64,000 bases of DNA from Nemertoderma westbladi (Eukaryota > Animalia > Xenacoelomorpha): assembly GCA_032718475.1 (NCBI GenBank), contig JAUCBJ010003878.1:8588-72587 (forward strand). The letters run 5' to 3'. The notes beneath the pieces are model-generated. The model saw only the letters and a program-made list of their open reading frames with translations, was not told where the DNA came from and ran no database searches. Below are positions 1 through 13,360 of this stretch, piece by piece (the stretch's first letter is position 1; every line of letters starts with the position of its first letter). A program made the translations under genes and the position numbers.

Positions 1-3000
1 GCAACAAGTTTATGTGAGTGAGGGGGTCCAGCAACAAGTTTATGTGTGTGGGGGGGTCCATCAACAAGTTTATGTGTGTGAGGGGGGTCCAGCAACAAGT
101 TTCTGTGTGTGAGGGGGTCCAGCAACAAGTTTATGTGAGTGAGGGGGTCCAGCAACAAGTTTCTGTGTGTGAGGGGGTCCAGCAACAAGTTTATGTGTGT
201 GAGGGGGTCCAGCAACAAGTTTCTGTGTGTGAGGGGGTCCAGCAACAAGTTTATGTGTGTGAGGGGGTCCAGCAACAAGTTTATGTGTATGAGGGGGTCA
301 AGCAACAAGTTTCTGTGTGTGAGGGGGTCCAGCAACAAGTTTATGTGTGTGAGGGGTCCAGCAACAAGTTTATGTGTGTGAGGGGGTCCAGCAACAAGTT
401 TCTGTGTGTGAGGGGGTCCAGCAACAAGTTTATGTGTGTGAGGGGGTCCAGCAACAAGTTTATGTGTATGAGGGGGTCCAGCAACAAGTTTCTGTGTGTG
501 AGGGGGTCCAGCAACAAGTTTATGTGTGTGAGGGGGTCCAGCAACAAGTTTATGTGTGTGAGGGGGTCCAGCGACAAGTTTCTGTGTGTGAGGGGGTCCT
601 GCAACAAGTTTATGTGTGTGAGGGGGTCCAGCAACAAGTTTATGTGTGTGGGGGGGTCCAGCAACAAGTTTATGTGTATGAGGGGGTCCAGCAACAAGTT
701 TCTGTGTGTGAGGGGGTCCAGCAACAAGTTTATGTGTGTGAGGGGGCCTGCAACAAGTTTTTGTGTGTGAGGGGGTCCAGCAACAAGTTTATGTGAGTGA
801 GGGGGTCCAGCAACAAGTTTATGTGTGTGGGGGGGTCCATCAACAAGTTTATGTGTGTGAGGGGGGTCCAGCAACAAGTTTCTGTGTGTGAGGGGGTCCA
901 GCAACAAGTTTATGTGAGTGAGGGGGTCCAGCAACAAGTTTCTGTGTGTGAGGGGGTCCAGCAACAAGTTTATGTGTGTGAGGGGGTCCAGCAACAAGTT
1001 TCTGTGTGTGAGGGGGTCCAGCAACAAGTTTATGTGTGTGAGGGGGTCCAGCAACAAGTTTATGTGTATGAGGGGGTCAAGCAACAAGTTTCTGTGTGTG
1101 AGGGGGTCCAGCAACAAGTTTATGTGTGTGAGGGGTCCAGCAACAAGTTTATGTGTGTGAGGGGGTCCAGCAACAAGTTTCTGTGTGTGAGGGGGTCCAG
1201 CAACAAGTTTATGTGTGTGAGGGGGTCCAGCAACAAGTTTATGTGTATGAGGGGGTCCAGCAACAAGTTTCTGTGTGTGAGGGGGTCCAGCAACAAGTTT
1301 ATGTGTGTGAGGGGGTCCAGCAACAAGTTTATGTGTGTGAGGGGGTCCAGCGACAAGTTTCTGTGTGTGAGGGGGTCCTGCAACAAGTTTATGTGTGTGA
1401 GGGGGTCCAGCAACAAGTTTATGTGTGTGGGGGGGTCCAGCAACAAGTTTATGTGTGTGAGGGAGTCCAGCAACAAGTTTCCGTGTGCGAGGGGGTCCAG
1501 CAACAAGTTTCTGTGTGTGAGGGGGTCCAGCAACAAGTTTATGTGTGTGAGGGGGTCCAGCAACAAGTTTATCTGTGTGAGGGGGTCCAGCAACAAGTTT
1601 ATGTGTGTGAGGGGGCCTGCAACAAGTTTTTGTGTGTGAGGGGGTCCAGCAACAAGTTTATGTGTGTGAGGGGGTCCAGCAACAAGTTTATGTGTATGAG
1701 GGGGTCCAGCAACAAGTTTATGTGTGTGAGGGGTCCAGCAACAAGTTTATGTGAGTGAGGGGGTCCAGCAACAAGTTTCTGTGTGTGAGGGGGTCCAGCA
1801 ACAAGTTTATGTGTGTGAGGGGGTCCAGCAAGAAGTTTATGTGTGTGAGGGGGTCCAGCAACAAGTTTATGTGTGTGAGGGGGTCCAGCAACAAGTTTAT
1901 GTGTATGAGGGGGTCCAGCAACAAGTTTCTGTGTGTGAGGGGGTCCAGCAACAAGTTTATGTGTGTGAAGGGGTCCAGCAACAAGTTTATGTGTGTGAGG
2001 GGGTCCAGCAACAAGTTTATGTGTGTGAGGGGGTCCAACAACAAGTTTATGTGTGTGAGGGGGTCCAGCAACAAGTTTATGTGTGTGAGGGGGTCCAGCA
2101 ACAAGTTTCTGTGTGTGAGGGTGTCCAGCAACAAGTTTCTGTGTGTGAGGGAGTCCAGCAACAAGTTTCCGTGTGTGAGGGGGTCCAGCAACAAGTTTCT
2201 GTGTGTGAGGGGGTCCAGCAACAAGTTTATGTGTGTGAGGGGGTCCAGCAACAAGTTTATCTGTGTGAGGGGGTCCAGCAACAAGTTTATGTGTGTGAGG
2301 GGGCCTGCAACAAGTTTTTGTGTGTGAGGGGGTCCAGCAACAAGTTTATGTGTGTGAGGGGGTCCAGCAACAAGTTTATGTGTGTGAGGGGGTCCAGCAA
2401 CAAGTTTATGTGTGTGAGGGGGTCCAGCAACAAGTTTCTGTGTGTGAGGGGGTCCAGCAACAAGTTTATGTGTGTGAGGGGGTCCAGCAACAAGTTTCTG
2501 TGTGTGAGGGGGTCCAGCAACAAGTTTATGTGTGTGAGGGGGTCCAGCAACAAGTTTCTGTGTGTGAGGGGGTCCAGCAACAAGTTTATGTGTGTGAGGG
2601 GGTCCAGCAACAAGTTTATGTGTATGAGGGGGTCCAGCAACAAGTTTCTGTGTGTGAGGGGGTCCAGCAACAAGTTTATGTGTGTGAGGGGTCCAGCAAC
2701 AAGTTTATGTGTGTGAGGGGGTCCAGCAACAAGTTTCTGTGTGTGAGGGGGTCCAGCAACAAGTTTATGTGTGTGAGGGGGTCCAGCAACAAGTTTATGT
2801 GTGTGAGGGGGTCCAGCAACAAGTTTCTGTGTGTGAGGGGGTCCAGCAACAAGTTTATGTGTGTGAGGGGGTCCAGCAACAAGTTTATGTGTGTGAGGGG
2901 GTCCAGCAACAAGTTTCTGTGTGTGAGGGGGTCCAGCAACAAGTTTATGTGTGTGAGGGGGTCCAGCAACAAGTTTATGTGTGTGAGGGGGTCCAGCAAC

Positions 3001-6000
3001 AAGTTTATGTGTGTGAGGGAGTCCAGCAACAAGTTTCTGTGTGTGAGGGGGTCCAGCAACAAGTTTCTGTGTGTGAGGGGGTCCAGCAACAAGTTTATGT
3101 GTGTGAGGGGTCCAGCAACAAGTTTATGTGTGTGAGGGGGTCCAGCAACAAGTTTATGTGTGTGAGGGGTCCAGCAACAAGTTTTTGTGTGTGAGGGGGT
3201 CCAGCAACAAGTTTATGTGTGTGAGGGGGTCCAGCAACAAGTTTATGTGTGTGAGGGGGTCCAGCAACAAGTTTCTGTGTGTGAGGGGGTCCAGCAACAA
3301 GTTTATGTGTGTGAGGGGTCCAGCAACAAGTTTATGTGTGTGAGGGGGTCCAGCAACAAGTTTCTGTGTGTGAGGAGTCCAGCAACAAGTTTATGTGTGT
3401 GAGGGAGTCCAGCAACAAGTTTATGTGTGTGAGGGGGTCCAGCAACAAGTTTATGTGTGTGAGGGGTCCAGCAACAAGTTTATGTGTGTGAGGGAGTCCA
3501 GCAACAAGTTTCTGTGTGTGAGGGGGTCCAGCAACAAGTTTATGTGTGTGAGGGGTCCAGCAACAAGTTTATGTGTGTGAGGGGGTCCAGCAACAAGTTT
3601 ATGTGTGTGAGGGGTCCAGCAACAAGTTTATGTGTGTGAGGAGTCCAGCAACAAGTTTATGTGTGTGAGGGGTCCAGCAACAAGTTTATGTGTGTGAGGG
3701 AGTCCAGCAACAAGTTTATGTGTGTGAGGGGGTCCAGCAACAAGTTTATGTGTGTGAGGAGGTCCAGCAACAAGTTTATGTGTGTGAGGGGGTCCAGCAA
3801 CAAGTTTATGTGTGTGAGGGGTCCAGCAACAAGTTTATGTGTGTGAGGGGTCCAGCAACAAGTTTCTGTGTGTGAGGAGTCCAGCAACAAGTTTCTGTGT
3901 GTGAGGGGGTCCAGCAACAAGTTTATGTGTGTGAGGGGTCCAGCAACAAGTTTATGTGTGTGAGGGGTCCAGCAACAAGTTTATGTGTGTGAGGGGTCCA
4001 GCAACAAGTTTATGTGTGTGAGGGGGTCCAGCAACAAGTTTATGTGTGTGAGGGGGTCCAGCAACAAGTTTATGTGTGTGAGGGGGTCCAGCAACAAGTT
4101 TCTGTGTGTGAGGAGTCCAGCAACAAGTTTATGTGTGTGAGGGGGTCCAGCAACAAGTTTATGTGTGTGAGGGGGTCCAGCAACAAGTTTATGTGTGTGA
4201 GGGGTCCAGCAACAAGTTTATGTGTGTGAGGAGTCCAGCAACAAGTTTATGTGTGTGAGGGGGTCCAGCAACAAGTTTATGTGTGTGAGGAGGTCCAGCA
4301 ACAAGTTTATGTGTGTGAGGGGGTCCAGCAACAAGTTTCTGTGTGTGAGGGGGTCCAGCAACAAGTTTATGTGTGTGAGGGGTCCAGCAACAAGTTTCTG
4401 TGTGTGAGGGGGTCCAGCAACAAGTTTATGTGTGTGAGGGGGTCCAGCAACAAGTTTATGTGTGTGAGGAGTCCAGCAACAAGTTTATGTGTGTGAGGGG
4501 GTCCAGCAACAAGTTTATGTGTGTGAGGGGGTCCAGCAACAAGTTTATGTGTGTGAGGGGGTCCAGCAACAAGTTTCTGTGTGTGAGGAGTCCAGCAACA
4601 AGTTTCTGTGTGTGAGGGGGTCCAGCAACAAGTTTATGTGTGTGAGGGGTCCAGCAACAAGTTTATGTGTGTGAGGGGGTCCAGCAACAAGTTTCTGTGT
4701 GTGAGGGGGTCCAGCAACAAGTTTATGTGTGTGAGGGGGTCCAGCAACAAGTTTATGTGTGTGAGGAGTCCAGCAACAAGTTTCTGTGTGTGAGGGGGTC
4801 CAGCAACAAGTTTCTGTGTGTGAGGGGGTCCAGCAACAAGTTTATGTGTGTGAGGGGGTCCAGCAACAAGTTTATGTGTGTGAGGGGTCCAGCAACAAGT
4901 TTATGTGTGTGAGGGGTCCAGCAACAAGTTTATGTGTGTGAGGGGGTCCAGCAACAAGTTTATGTGTGTGAAGGGGTCCAGCAACAAGTTTATGTGTGTG
5001 AGGGGGCCTGCAACAAGTTTTTGTGTGTGAGGGGGTCCAGCAACAAGTTTATGTGTGTGAGGGGGTCCAGCAACAAGTTTATGTGTGTGAGGGGGTCCAG
5101 CAACAAGTTTATGTGTGTGAGGGGGTCCAGCAACAAGTTTATGTGTGTGAGGGGGTCCAGCAACAAGTTTCTGTGTGTGAGGGGGTCCAGCAACAAGTTT
5201 ATGTGTGTGAGGGGGTCCAGCAACAAGTTTCTGTGTGTGAGGGGGTCCAGCAACAAGTTTATGTGTGTGAGGGAGTCCAGCAACAAGTTTATGTGTGTGA
5301 GGAGTCCAGCAACAAGTTTATGTGTGTGACGGAGTCCAGCAACAAGTTTATGTGTGTGAGGGAGTCCAGCAACAAGTTTCTGTGTGTGAGGGAGTCCAGC
5401 AACAAGTTTCTGTGTGTGAGGGGTCCAGCAACAAGTTTATGTGTGTGAGGGGTCCAGCAACAAGTTTATGTGTGTGAGGGAGTCCAGCAACAAGTTTATG
5501 TGTGTGAGGAGTCCAGCAACAAGTTTATGTGTGTGAGGAGTCCAGCAACAAGTTTATGTGTGTGAGGAGTCCAGCAACAAGTTTATGTGTGTGAGGAGTC
5601 CAGCAACAAGTTTATGTGTGTGAGGAGTCCAGCAACAAGTTTATGTGTGTGAGGAGTCCAGCAACAAGTTTATGTGTGTGAGGGAGTCCAGCAACAAGTT
5701 TATGTGTGTGAGGAGTCCAGCAACAAGTTTATGTGTGTGAGGAGTCCAGCAACAAGTTTATGTGTGTGAGGAGTCCAGCAACAAGTTTATGTGTGTGAGG
5801 AGTCCAGCAACAAGTTTATGTGTGTGAGGAGTCCAGCAACAAGTTTATGTGTGTGAGGAGTCCAGCAACAAGTTTATGTGTGTGAGGAGTCCAGCAACAA
5901 GTTTATGTGTGTGAGGAGTCCAGCAACAAGTTTATGTGTGTGAGGAGTCCAGCAACAAGTTTATGTGTGTGAGGAGTCCAGCAACAAGTTTATGTGTGTG

Positions 6001-7944
6001 AGGAGTCCAGCAACAAGTTTATGTGTGTGAGGAGTCCAGCAACAAGTTTATGTGTGTGAGGAGTCCAGCAACAAGTTTATGTGTGTGAGGAGTCCAGCAA
6101 CAAGTTTATGTGTGTGAGGAGTCCAGCAACAAGTTTATGTGTGTGAGGAGTCCAGCAACAAGTTTATGTGTGTGAGGAGTCCAGCAACAAGTTTATGTGT
6201 GTGAGGAGTCCAGCAACAAGTTTATGTGTGTGAGGAGTCCAGCAACAAGTTTATGTGTGTGAGGAGTCCAGCAACAAGTTTATGTGTGTGAGGAGTCCAG
6301 CAACAAGTTTATGTGTGTGAGGAGTCCAGCAACAAGTTTATGTGTGTGAGGAGTCCAGCAACAAGTTTATGTGTGTGAGGAGTCCAGCAACAAGTTTATG
6401 TGTGTGAGGAGTCCAGCAACAAGTTTATGTGTGTGAGGAGTCCAGCAACAAGTTTATGTGTGTGAGGAGTCCAGCAACAAGTTTATGTGTGTGAGGAGTC
6501 CAGCAACAAGTTTATGTGTGTGAGGAGTCCAGCAACAAGTTTATGTGTGTGAGGAGTCCAGCAACAAGTTTATGTGTGTGAGGAGTCCAGCAACAAGTTT
6601 ATGTGTGTGAGGAGTCCAGCAACAAGTTTATGTGTGTGAGGAGTCCAGCAACAAGTTTATGTGTGTGAGGAGTCCAGCAACAAGTTTATGTGTGTGAGGA
6701 GTCCAGCAACAAGTTTATGTGTGTGAGGAGTCCAGCAACAAGTTTATGTGTGTGAGGAGTCCAGCAACAAGTTTATGTGTGTGAGGAGTCCAGCAACAAG
6801 TTTATGTGTGTGAGGAGTCCAGCAACAAGTTTATGTGTGTGAGGAGTCCAGCAACAAGTTTATGTGTGTGAGGAGTCCAGCAACAAGTTTATGTGTGTGA
6901 GGAGTCCAGCAACAAGTTTATGTGTGTGAGGAGTCCAGCAACAAGTTTATGTGTGTGAGGAGTCCAGCAACAAGTTTATGTGTGTGAGGAGTCCAGCAAC
7001 AAGTTTATGTGTGTGAGGAGTCCAGCAACAAGTTTATGTGTGTGAGGAGTCCAGCAACAAGTTTATGTGTGTGAGGAGTCCAGCAACAAGTTTATGTGTG
7101 TGAGGAGTCCAGCAACAAGTTTATGTGTGTGAGGAGTCCAGCAACAAGTTTATGTGTGTGAGGAGTCCAGCAACAAGTTTATGTGTGTGAGGAGTCCAGC
7201 AACAAGTTTATGTGTGTGAGGAGTCCAGCAACAAGTTTATGTGTGTGAGGAGTCCAGCAACAAGTTTATGTGTGTGAGGAGTCCAGCAACAAGTTTATGT
7301 GTGTGAGGAGTCCAGCAACAAGTTTATGTGTGTGAGGAGTCCAGCAACAAGTTTATGTGTGTGAGGAGTCCAGCAACAAGTTTATGTGTGTGAGGAGTCC
7401 AGCAACAAGTTTATGTGTGTGAGGAGTCCAGCAACAAGTTTATGTGTGTGAGGAGTCCAGCAACAAGTTTATGTGTGTGAGGAGTCCAGCAACAAGTTTA
7501 TGTGTGTGAGGAGTCCAGCAACAAGTTTATGTGTGTGAGGAGTCCAGCAACAAGTTTATGTGTGTGAGGAGTCCAGCAACAAGTTTATGTGTGTGAGGAG
7601 TCCAGCAACAAGTTTATGTGTGTGAGGAGTCCAGCAACAAGTTTATGTGTGTGAGGAGTCCAGCAACAAGTTTATGTGTGTGAGGAGTCCAGCAACAAGT
7701 TTATGTGTGTGAGGAGTCCAGCAACAAGTTTATGTGTGTGAGGAGTCCAGCAACAAGTTTATGTGTGTGAGGAGTCCAGCAACAAGTTTATGTGTGTGAG
7801 GAGTCCAGCAACAAGTTTATGTGTGTGAGGAGTCCAGCAACAAGTTTCTGTGTGTGAGGAGTCCAGCAACAAGTTTCTGTGTGTGAGGGAGTCCAGCAAC
7901 AAGTTTATGTGTGTGAGGAGTCCAGCAACAAGTTTATGTGTGTG
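1..7944. repeat. 29/30-bp minisatellite (GCAACAAGTTTATGTGTGTGAGGGGGTCCA), probably intronic in the G-alpha 12/13 gene; continues beyond the left edge of the window
   Basis: Directly visible tandem units. Variable 30-bp units to ~5.5 kb, then near-homogeneous 29-bp units (GAGGAGTCC). A 779-bp higher-order duplication is shown by identical ORFs starting at 18 and 797. Confidence 0.98.
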
Positions 7945-8136
7945 TGGTGGAATATTATATTATTCCGGCCGGAATATTCTGGCATTTGCAATACCGATTC
8001 CGCTAAATCCCTAGTAGATAGTCCTCCCAATATTACTATCGATAGTAGATAGTCCTCCTAGCTCCTAATATAACTATCGATAGTCTTCCCTTTTCTTTCC
8101 CCATATAACTTATCCCTTTTTCTTTTCCCCCAATAG

Positions 8137-8366
8137 AACTACTCCCCTAGCCGCCAGGACATCCTGATGGCTCGCAAAGCCACCAAAGGCGTCATCGAGT
8201 ACATGATTACTGTGAACGACGTTCGGTTTAAATTCGTCGACGTCGGGGGGCAGCGATCCCAAAGACAGAAATGGTTCCAGTGCTTCGAGGGCGTCACCTC
8301 AATCCTCTTCATGGTCTCGACATCGGAATTCGATCAGGTTATGATGGAGGATCGTGTTACAAACAG
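8137..8366 (+). CDS. GNA12/13: G protein alpha subunit, G12/13 class, penultimate exon
   Basis: Polypyrimidine tract plus AG at 8135-8136. Translates [18 protein letters not shown]...[17 protein letters not shown] (G2/G3 boxes, G12-type). Donor AG|GTTAGT at 8367. Confidence 0.93.
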
Positions 8367-8707
8367 GTTAGTCGATTTGGACGAGAAGCAAATTATATGG
8401 ACGGGCGTCTCTCCATTGGGAGTAAGTGTAAGCCTTGTATATTCGATTAAACCCCCTTTGCTGTAGATTGTTTCTGCTACACCTATTCAGTGGAAATTTA
8501 TCTAATAGGCCGCATTAACTTTATTTTGAAACATTGCAATAATGTTACAAAAATAAAGAGAGAGGTTGCGAAGGTGAAATTGGGTTATCACAAATAGCCT
8601 CATAAATATTGAGAGGCCGCCTCTTTTAATGCACGACCCCATTTTGTTTAGATTAGGCGAATCACCTAATTTGAAAATAAATATATTTATTTTTAATTTA
8701 TTTCCAG

Positions 8708-9059
8708 ATTACGGGAGTCCTGCAGTATATTCGAGATTATTATAAACAACAGATTTTTCACCAACGTCTCTATTATTTTGTTCCTCAATAAAACGGATCT
8801 TCTGGAGGAGAAGATTAAACGAGTATCGATTGGCGATTACTTCCCCGAGTTCGAGGGGGACTCGACGAACTTAGAGGAAGTTCAGCGGTTCATATTCCAG
8901 CTGTTCGATAACTGTCGCAGACCCAGCCAGCGAGCCCTGTCAAAGACATTGTTCCACCACTTTACCACGGCCGTGGACACGGAAAAGATTCGTTTTGTGT
9001 TCCGCGCCGTCAAGGATACCATTCTGGAAGAGAATTTAAAGCAGCTGATGCTGCAATGA
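8708..9059 (+). CDS. GNA12/13: G protein alpha subunit, G12/13 class, last coding exon
   Basis: tttccAG acceptor, phase 2 matching the previous exon. Reads [25 protein letters not shown] (G4)..[10 protein letters not shown] (G5)..NLKQLMLQ*, a G12/13-type C-terminus. Confidence 0.95.
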
Positions 9060-9190
9060 GGTCAGCTCTTGCGAATTAGTCATACTTTTTGCCGTGCTAC
9101 ATTTTTTATATAGTATTCGCTAAAATTATGTGTACCGATAAACGAGTATTATTGGTTTAGAGTCCATCCATAAATGACGTCATTGGTTTA

Positions 9191-9648
9191 GGGTCCATCC
9201 ATAAATGACGTCCCGCGAGAAATGTGTGGGGGGGGGGGGGGGGGGGGGTCCACAATGGCACGTCAAATTATTTAACTCGTAAACTTGAAATATTTTTTGT
9301 TTTTGTTTGTATCCTGACTTGCCGTTGCATTCCATGCTGATAGTGAGTAAGTCATTTTATATTGTATCATCTCATCACATTGATAAAGTAAAGTAAATGT
9401 AATCGGTGTACGTACGTGAAACACAACACCGGAGGCAACCATAATGCCCTTCTCTCTTGGCTGTTACCTATAAGGCAGGGAGGGCGTCGGCGTCACTTCA
9501 ATTCCCAGGGGTGAACTGAACACTCCACTCCGTAAGTATCAAAACGTTTTATTTACTTGACCAGCAGTAACCAGGTTCATATCGATGTATTTGTGCACCA
9601 TTTTCAAAATGATAGCTTACTGCTCCCGACGTCATCTATGGTTGGCCC
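9191..9648. mobile_element. Non-autonomous MITE, PIF/Harbinger-like
   Basis: Imperfect TIRs GGGTCCATCCATAAATGACGTC / GACGTCATCTATGGTTGGCCC, flanked by TTA and TAA. The left end is tandemly duplicated at ~9150-9212. Confidence 0.5.
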
Positions 9649-12600
9649 TAACGTTTGTTTCCATTGTAATTGTGCTTGTTGAACTCCTATTAGCACCCTC
9701 GCCATTTGCCTACACCCCCAACCCCACCAACAACGGTTTTATCTGAATTCCTTTATCATAGTTTTAATATTTAAGTAATGTACGTTTTATTTTGTTAAAA
9801 ATGATCATGGGTTTGAGATTATTTTGTTGATTTATTTCCGTCTTGGGTGTTTTATTTTTAGCCTAATATAGGTAGGTAAAGATAGTGAAGGGCCAATTCT
9901 GCAGGAGATGTAATTAATTCAGTATACAATCGATGGTGTTGTATCATTGGGACCTAAAGTTATAAAAACTACGTTTTTAGGAAGCTAAATAAATTATTGA
10001 AAGTCGAATTTTGACTTCGAATTAGGCCATTATGTAATTTGAAATATCTCAGCATTCAGGTATTCTGGTTCACGTGGTGTTGGCAGGATCTACTCCGTAT
10101 GTTATGACACTGCCGGTGGATCCTGTCGGTGGTTCTACCTAATGGATCAATAATCGCACATTGGCTCCATATAAAATCATCAACTATTTTAGAATTAATT
10201 TAAAAACTTGTTTTAATTTGTTTTTTTTTTGTGATATATAAAATTGTTATTTACATACTTATGTGCCCTTTACAGAATGATGATCCGAGTGGTTTGTTAC
10301 ACGAACGAACGTAGCGAGTAGGTGAAAATAAAAACACGAGGGCCAGAACATAGTAAATTTGTAGTTTTATTACGAATTTGTGACATTACGAAATTACTGC
10401 TGTTTTTTTTGGGGAATTTCTCGAATTTTTGATTTGACATCACAGAAATATTTAAACTAAACTTTGGGTGGTAACCAAGATGAGACGGTATTGCACTTTC
10501 CGATTCAGTTTAATAATAAAGCCAGTCGCTGTTCTATAATGATTATACTACAGAATGTACCAACGGCTTCAACTAATGTTACAATTTTGAAGTAAAAATT
10601 ACATATTTTGTTACATGTGAGGCTAGAAAGGTATATATATTGGGGTTTTTCACTTCGTTGAATTCGATTACGTTTATTCGTACCCCCTAAGTGACTAAGG
10701 TTTTTATTTCAATGTAAACAAACTGAGGTTATTATTTGTAGTAGAAAAATAAACAAACTAACAAAATAAACTTAATAATTGGAATGCGTAAAGTGGACAT
10801 TTTAGCTGCTTATTTTTGTAATGAATTTAATGATTCTACCCTTTTTTTATTGGTATAAATTTAGTCAACTTTTAATTTAAATGCGCTGGAATAATAATAA
10901 AGGTGGACTTTCCTATAAAGTACTGGGACATAGTTAATCCGGGTTGCATGCGTACACTGTATTTATTGGTTGTAACACTAATAGTTATGGTAAGTTGGGT
11001 GTCTCATTCAATGTTTAAATTGCGTTGCTTCAATTATTAATATTGTATTTTATGATTTACAATTTTTTAAACAAGTAATCATTTATCTTAGTCAACCTAT
11101 TGTGACATTATGGAGACGAACTTTTAGCTTCAACTATCGTTGTTATGTATTTTCTATGAGGATATGTTTTATTATATAGGTTGAATACTTTATATATTTA
11201 TATTATATTCGTAATTTACGCACAATTTATGTATGAAACTAATTTTATGAATAAGCCTCTCTAGTTGTGTAATAATGTTATTTTATTTTCTATTACGTGA
11301 TTGGTTACTTGTAATATTCCAAAAGACTTACATTATTTGTGGGAGTTTAACTAACAATTTACTTCGCGAAATATTTTTTAGTTATAAAATGTAGGATTGA
11401 TAATAGCAAATAAATTATTATTGTGGGGTCAAGTGACAGTGTATTAAATATAATAGGATGATGATAAAGCTATCCAAAGCAAATAATATCAACCGACCCC
11501 GTTGGGGCTCGAACCTCGAACCCGGTTCTCTACGCTGTTTCAGTTCGATGTTATTATATGTCGTTGTACAGCGCCATCTAGTGGATAACTACTATATTGT
11601 AGTCAGATTATTTTAGATAAATCAGAAACCAACAAAAATGTATTAATTACATTAATTAATTGTTGATTGCTTGATTCATAACTAAAATTAGTTTGTTTCT
11701 CTATATGACCTGCTTGGCTCGACTGCCTCCTTTTTGATTGATTCTATTAAAAAGTTTGTTCATTTTTGAGACACACAACGATTTTTTATATGGCCATATA
11801 TTTTACACGGGAAAGATGTACCAACAAACTATATCATTATCTATTAAATATATTATTTATGAATGCATATAATTAGCTGCACGATTCATATTAATTGTTA
11901 CTAGCCTGAAATTGGAATGTGTCCGTTTACGGGTTAGTATTATATGACATCACATTTATTACTCTAAAAATATTATTTATTTATATATATTTATTGATAA
12001 TGTTTGCTGCGCCATATTATTTACCTCAAATAATATTGATATTGATATATAATGATATATTGATATACTATCATAATGTTTTAGCTTTAATTACTGCAGA
12101 AAGATAATATAATTTGCAATTCAACATTATATTCAACCCTTGGCTGTGCAGAAATCCACTCCAACCTGGATTGGGATATTAACTACCAAATCTTTTAATT
12201 CCGAGTTATGTACTGAGTAATTTTATTTTAAGTGTATTTTGTGAACAAATTCCTGTTTGAATTGTTTGTCTTAAAGTTTATTAAATCCACTATTACTATA
12301 ACTAATTATTGTGCCAAATATGAGGGATTATCGTTAACCCATTGGTTTTATGTACTTTTTTTGATGATTAATAAATTACCATGGTATTTCCAGTCACAGT
12401 AATTACTATTATGCATAATATATAATTATAATAACTGTTGTTAAAGCTTTACTTCATTCTATTTTATGGTTTATTTTATGTACCTTAAATTGTTACCTTA
12501 TACAACTACTTCGTTATATGCATTATTATAATATAGCCTATAATACAATAATATTCTACTTACACGTCTAAAAAACAATTTTATTTTGTAATATAGTTTA

Positions 12601-13298
12601 TATATAATTCTGACTGTCAATATTATGGAACTAGAAACGTGAAGGAACCGCCTGGGTCAACCAAGGTCAACAAAAACTAAACTCATTACCGTCTCTTCGC
12701 AGGCTCTGGACAGGTTTCGTTTAAGTCTAGTTTAGATTTATTACAGTACAGTTCCATGGTCTTAGCCAATATGAGAACTCACATACCTATAGAGCCCTGC
12801 CCAAACTATAGACCGTGACCCACATATGGGGTGTAGAGACCATTGTATGATGTTCCTATCGAATATGGGCATATTATGTTTCGTTTATGTCTAGTCGAGA
12901 TTTAGTGAGTGTATGAATGGTTCTTCGCTTAAAGATGAAGGATGTTCTCCTATCGTATCGAGTACCAAGTTTTAGTGTGGTCCCCCAGAACTACAATCTA
13001 TTTAACGATGCGAGATGCGCCCTCACTAGTCACTGGAAAGCATTATTTGTGCCGAAAATAAATCTGCCTTGTCCCCATGCCATTTAACCACTACGCCAAG
13101 CAAGGTAGAAGCTTAAACCGTACAAAATTATTTAAAGTGTTCTTGTAAATAGTTCTACATTATGGTTGCTTTGGAAACAATCATCTGTGAAACATTTTTT
13201 ATTAGTATGAATAAATTGTTGTAGTTGAGCTGTTAATACAACTTAGCTGTTCAATAGAAGTGGAACAAAAAGTAAGGCGAGTGTCAGGGGAGAGTGGC

Positions 13299-13360
13299 TG
13301 AACCTATTAGCGCTACTGAAGAGGCCTGATAGGCCGAAACGAACGTATAGCGCTGGTTCA
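13299..13360 (+). ncRNA. Type I hammerhead ribozyme (Penelope/retrozyme-like)
   Basis: Core CUGAAGA 13316-13322; stem II GGCCU/AGGCC with GAU loop; GAAA 13336-13339; minimal stem III; GUA cleavage triplet 13345-13347; stem I AGCGCUA/UAGCGCU, extended by UGAACC/GGUUCA around a UAUU bulge. Confidence 0.88.

Noticed and set aside
18-5448. Repeat-derived ORFs (CEGVQQQVYV / RGSSNKFMCV); EGVQQ..Y superficially resembles the G-alpha helical-domain DxGVQ motif
   Set aside because: They are translations of a 29/30-bp array with constant frameshifts, open in several frames and on both strands. The resemblance covers only a few residues.
7960-8040. Frame reading TDSAKSLVDS, similar to G-alpha NDSAKYFLD
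   Set aside because: No splice sites frame it. The DNA (CCGATTCCGCTAAATCCCTA) looks like a hAT-type transposon end.
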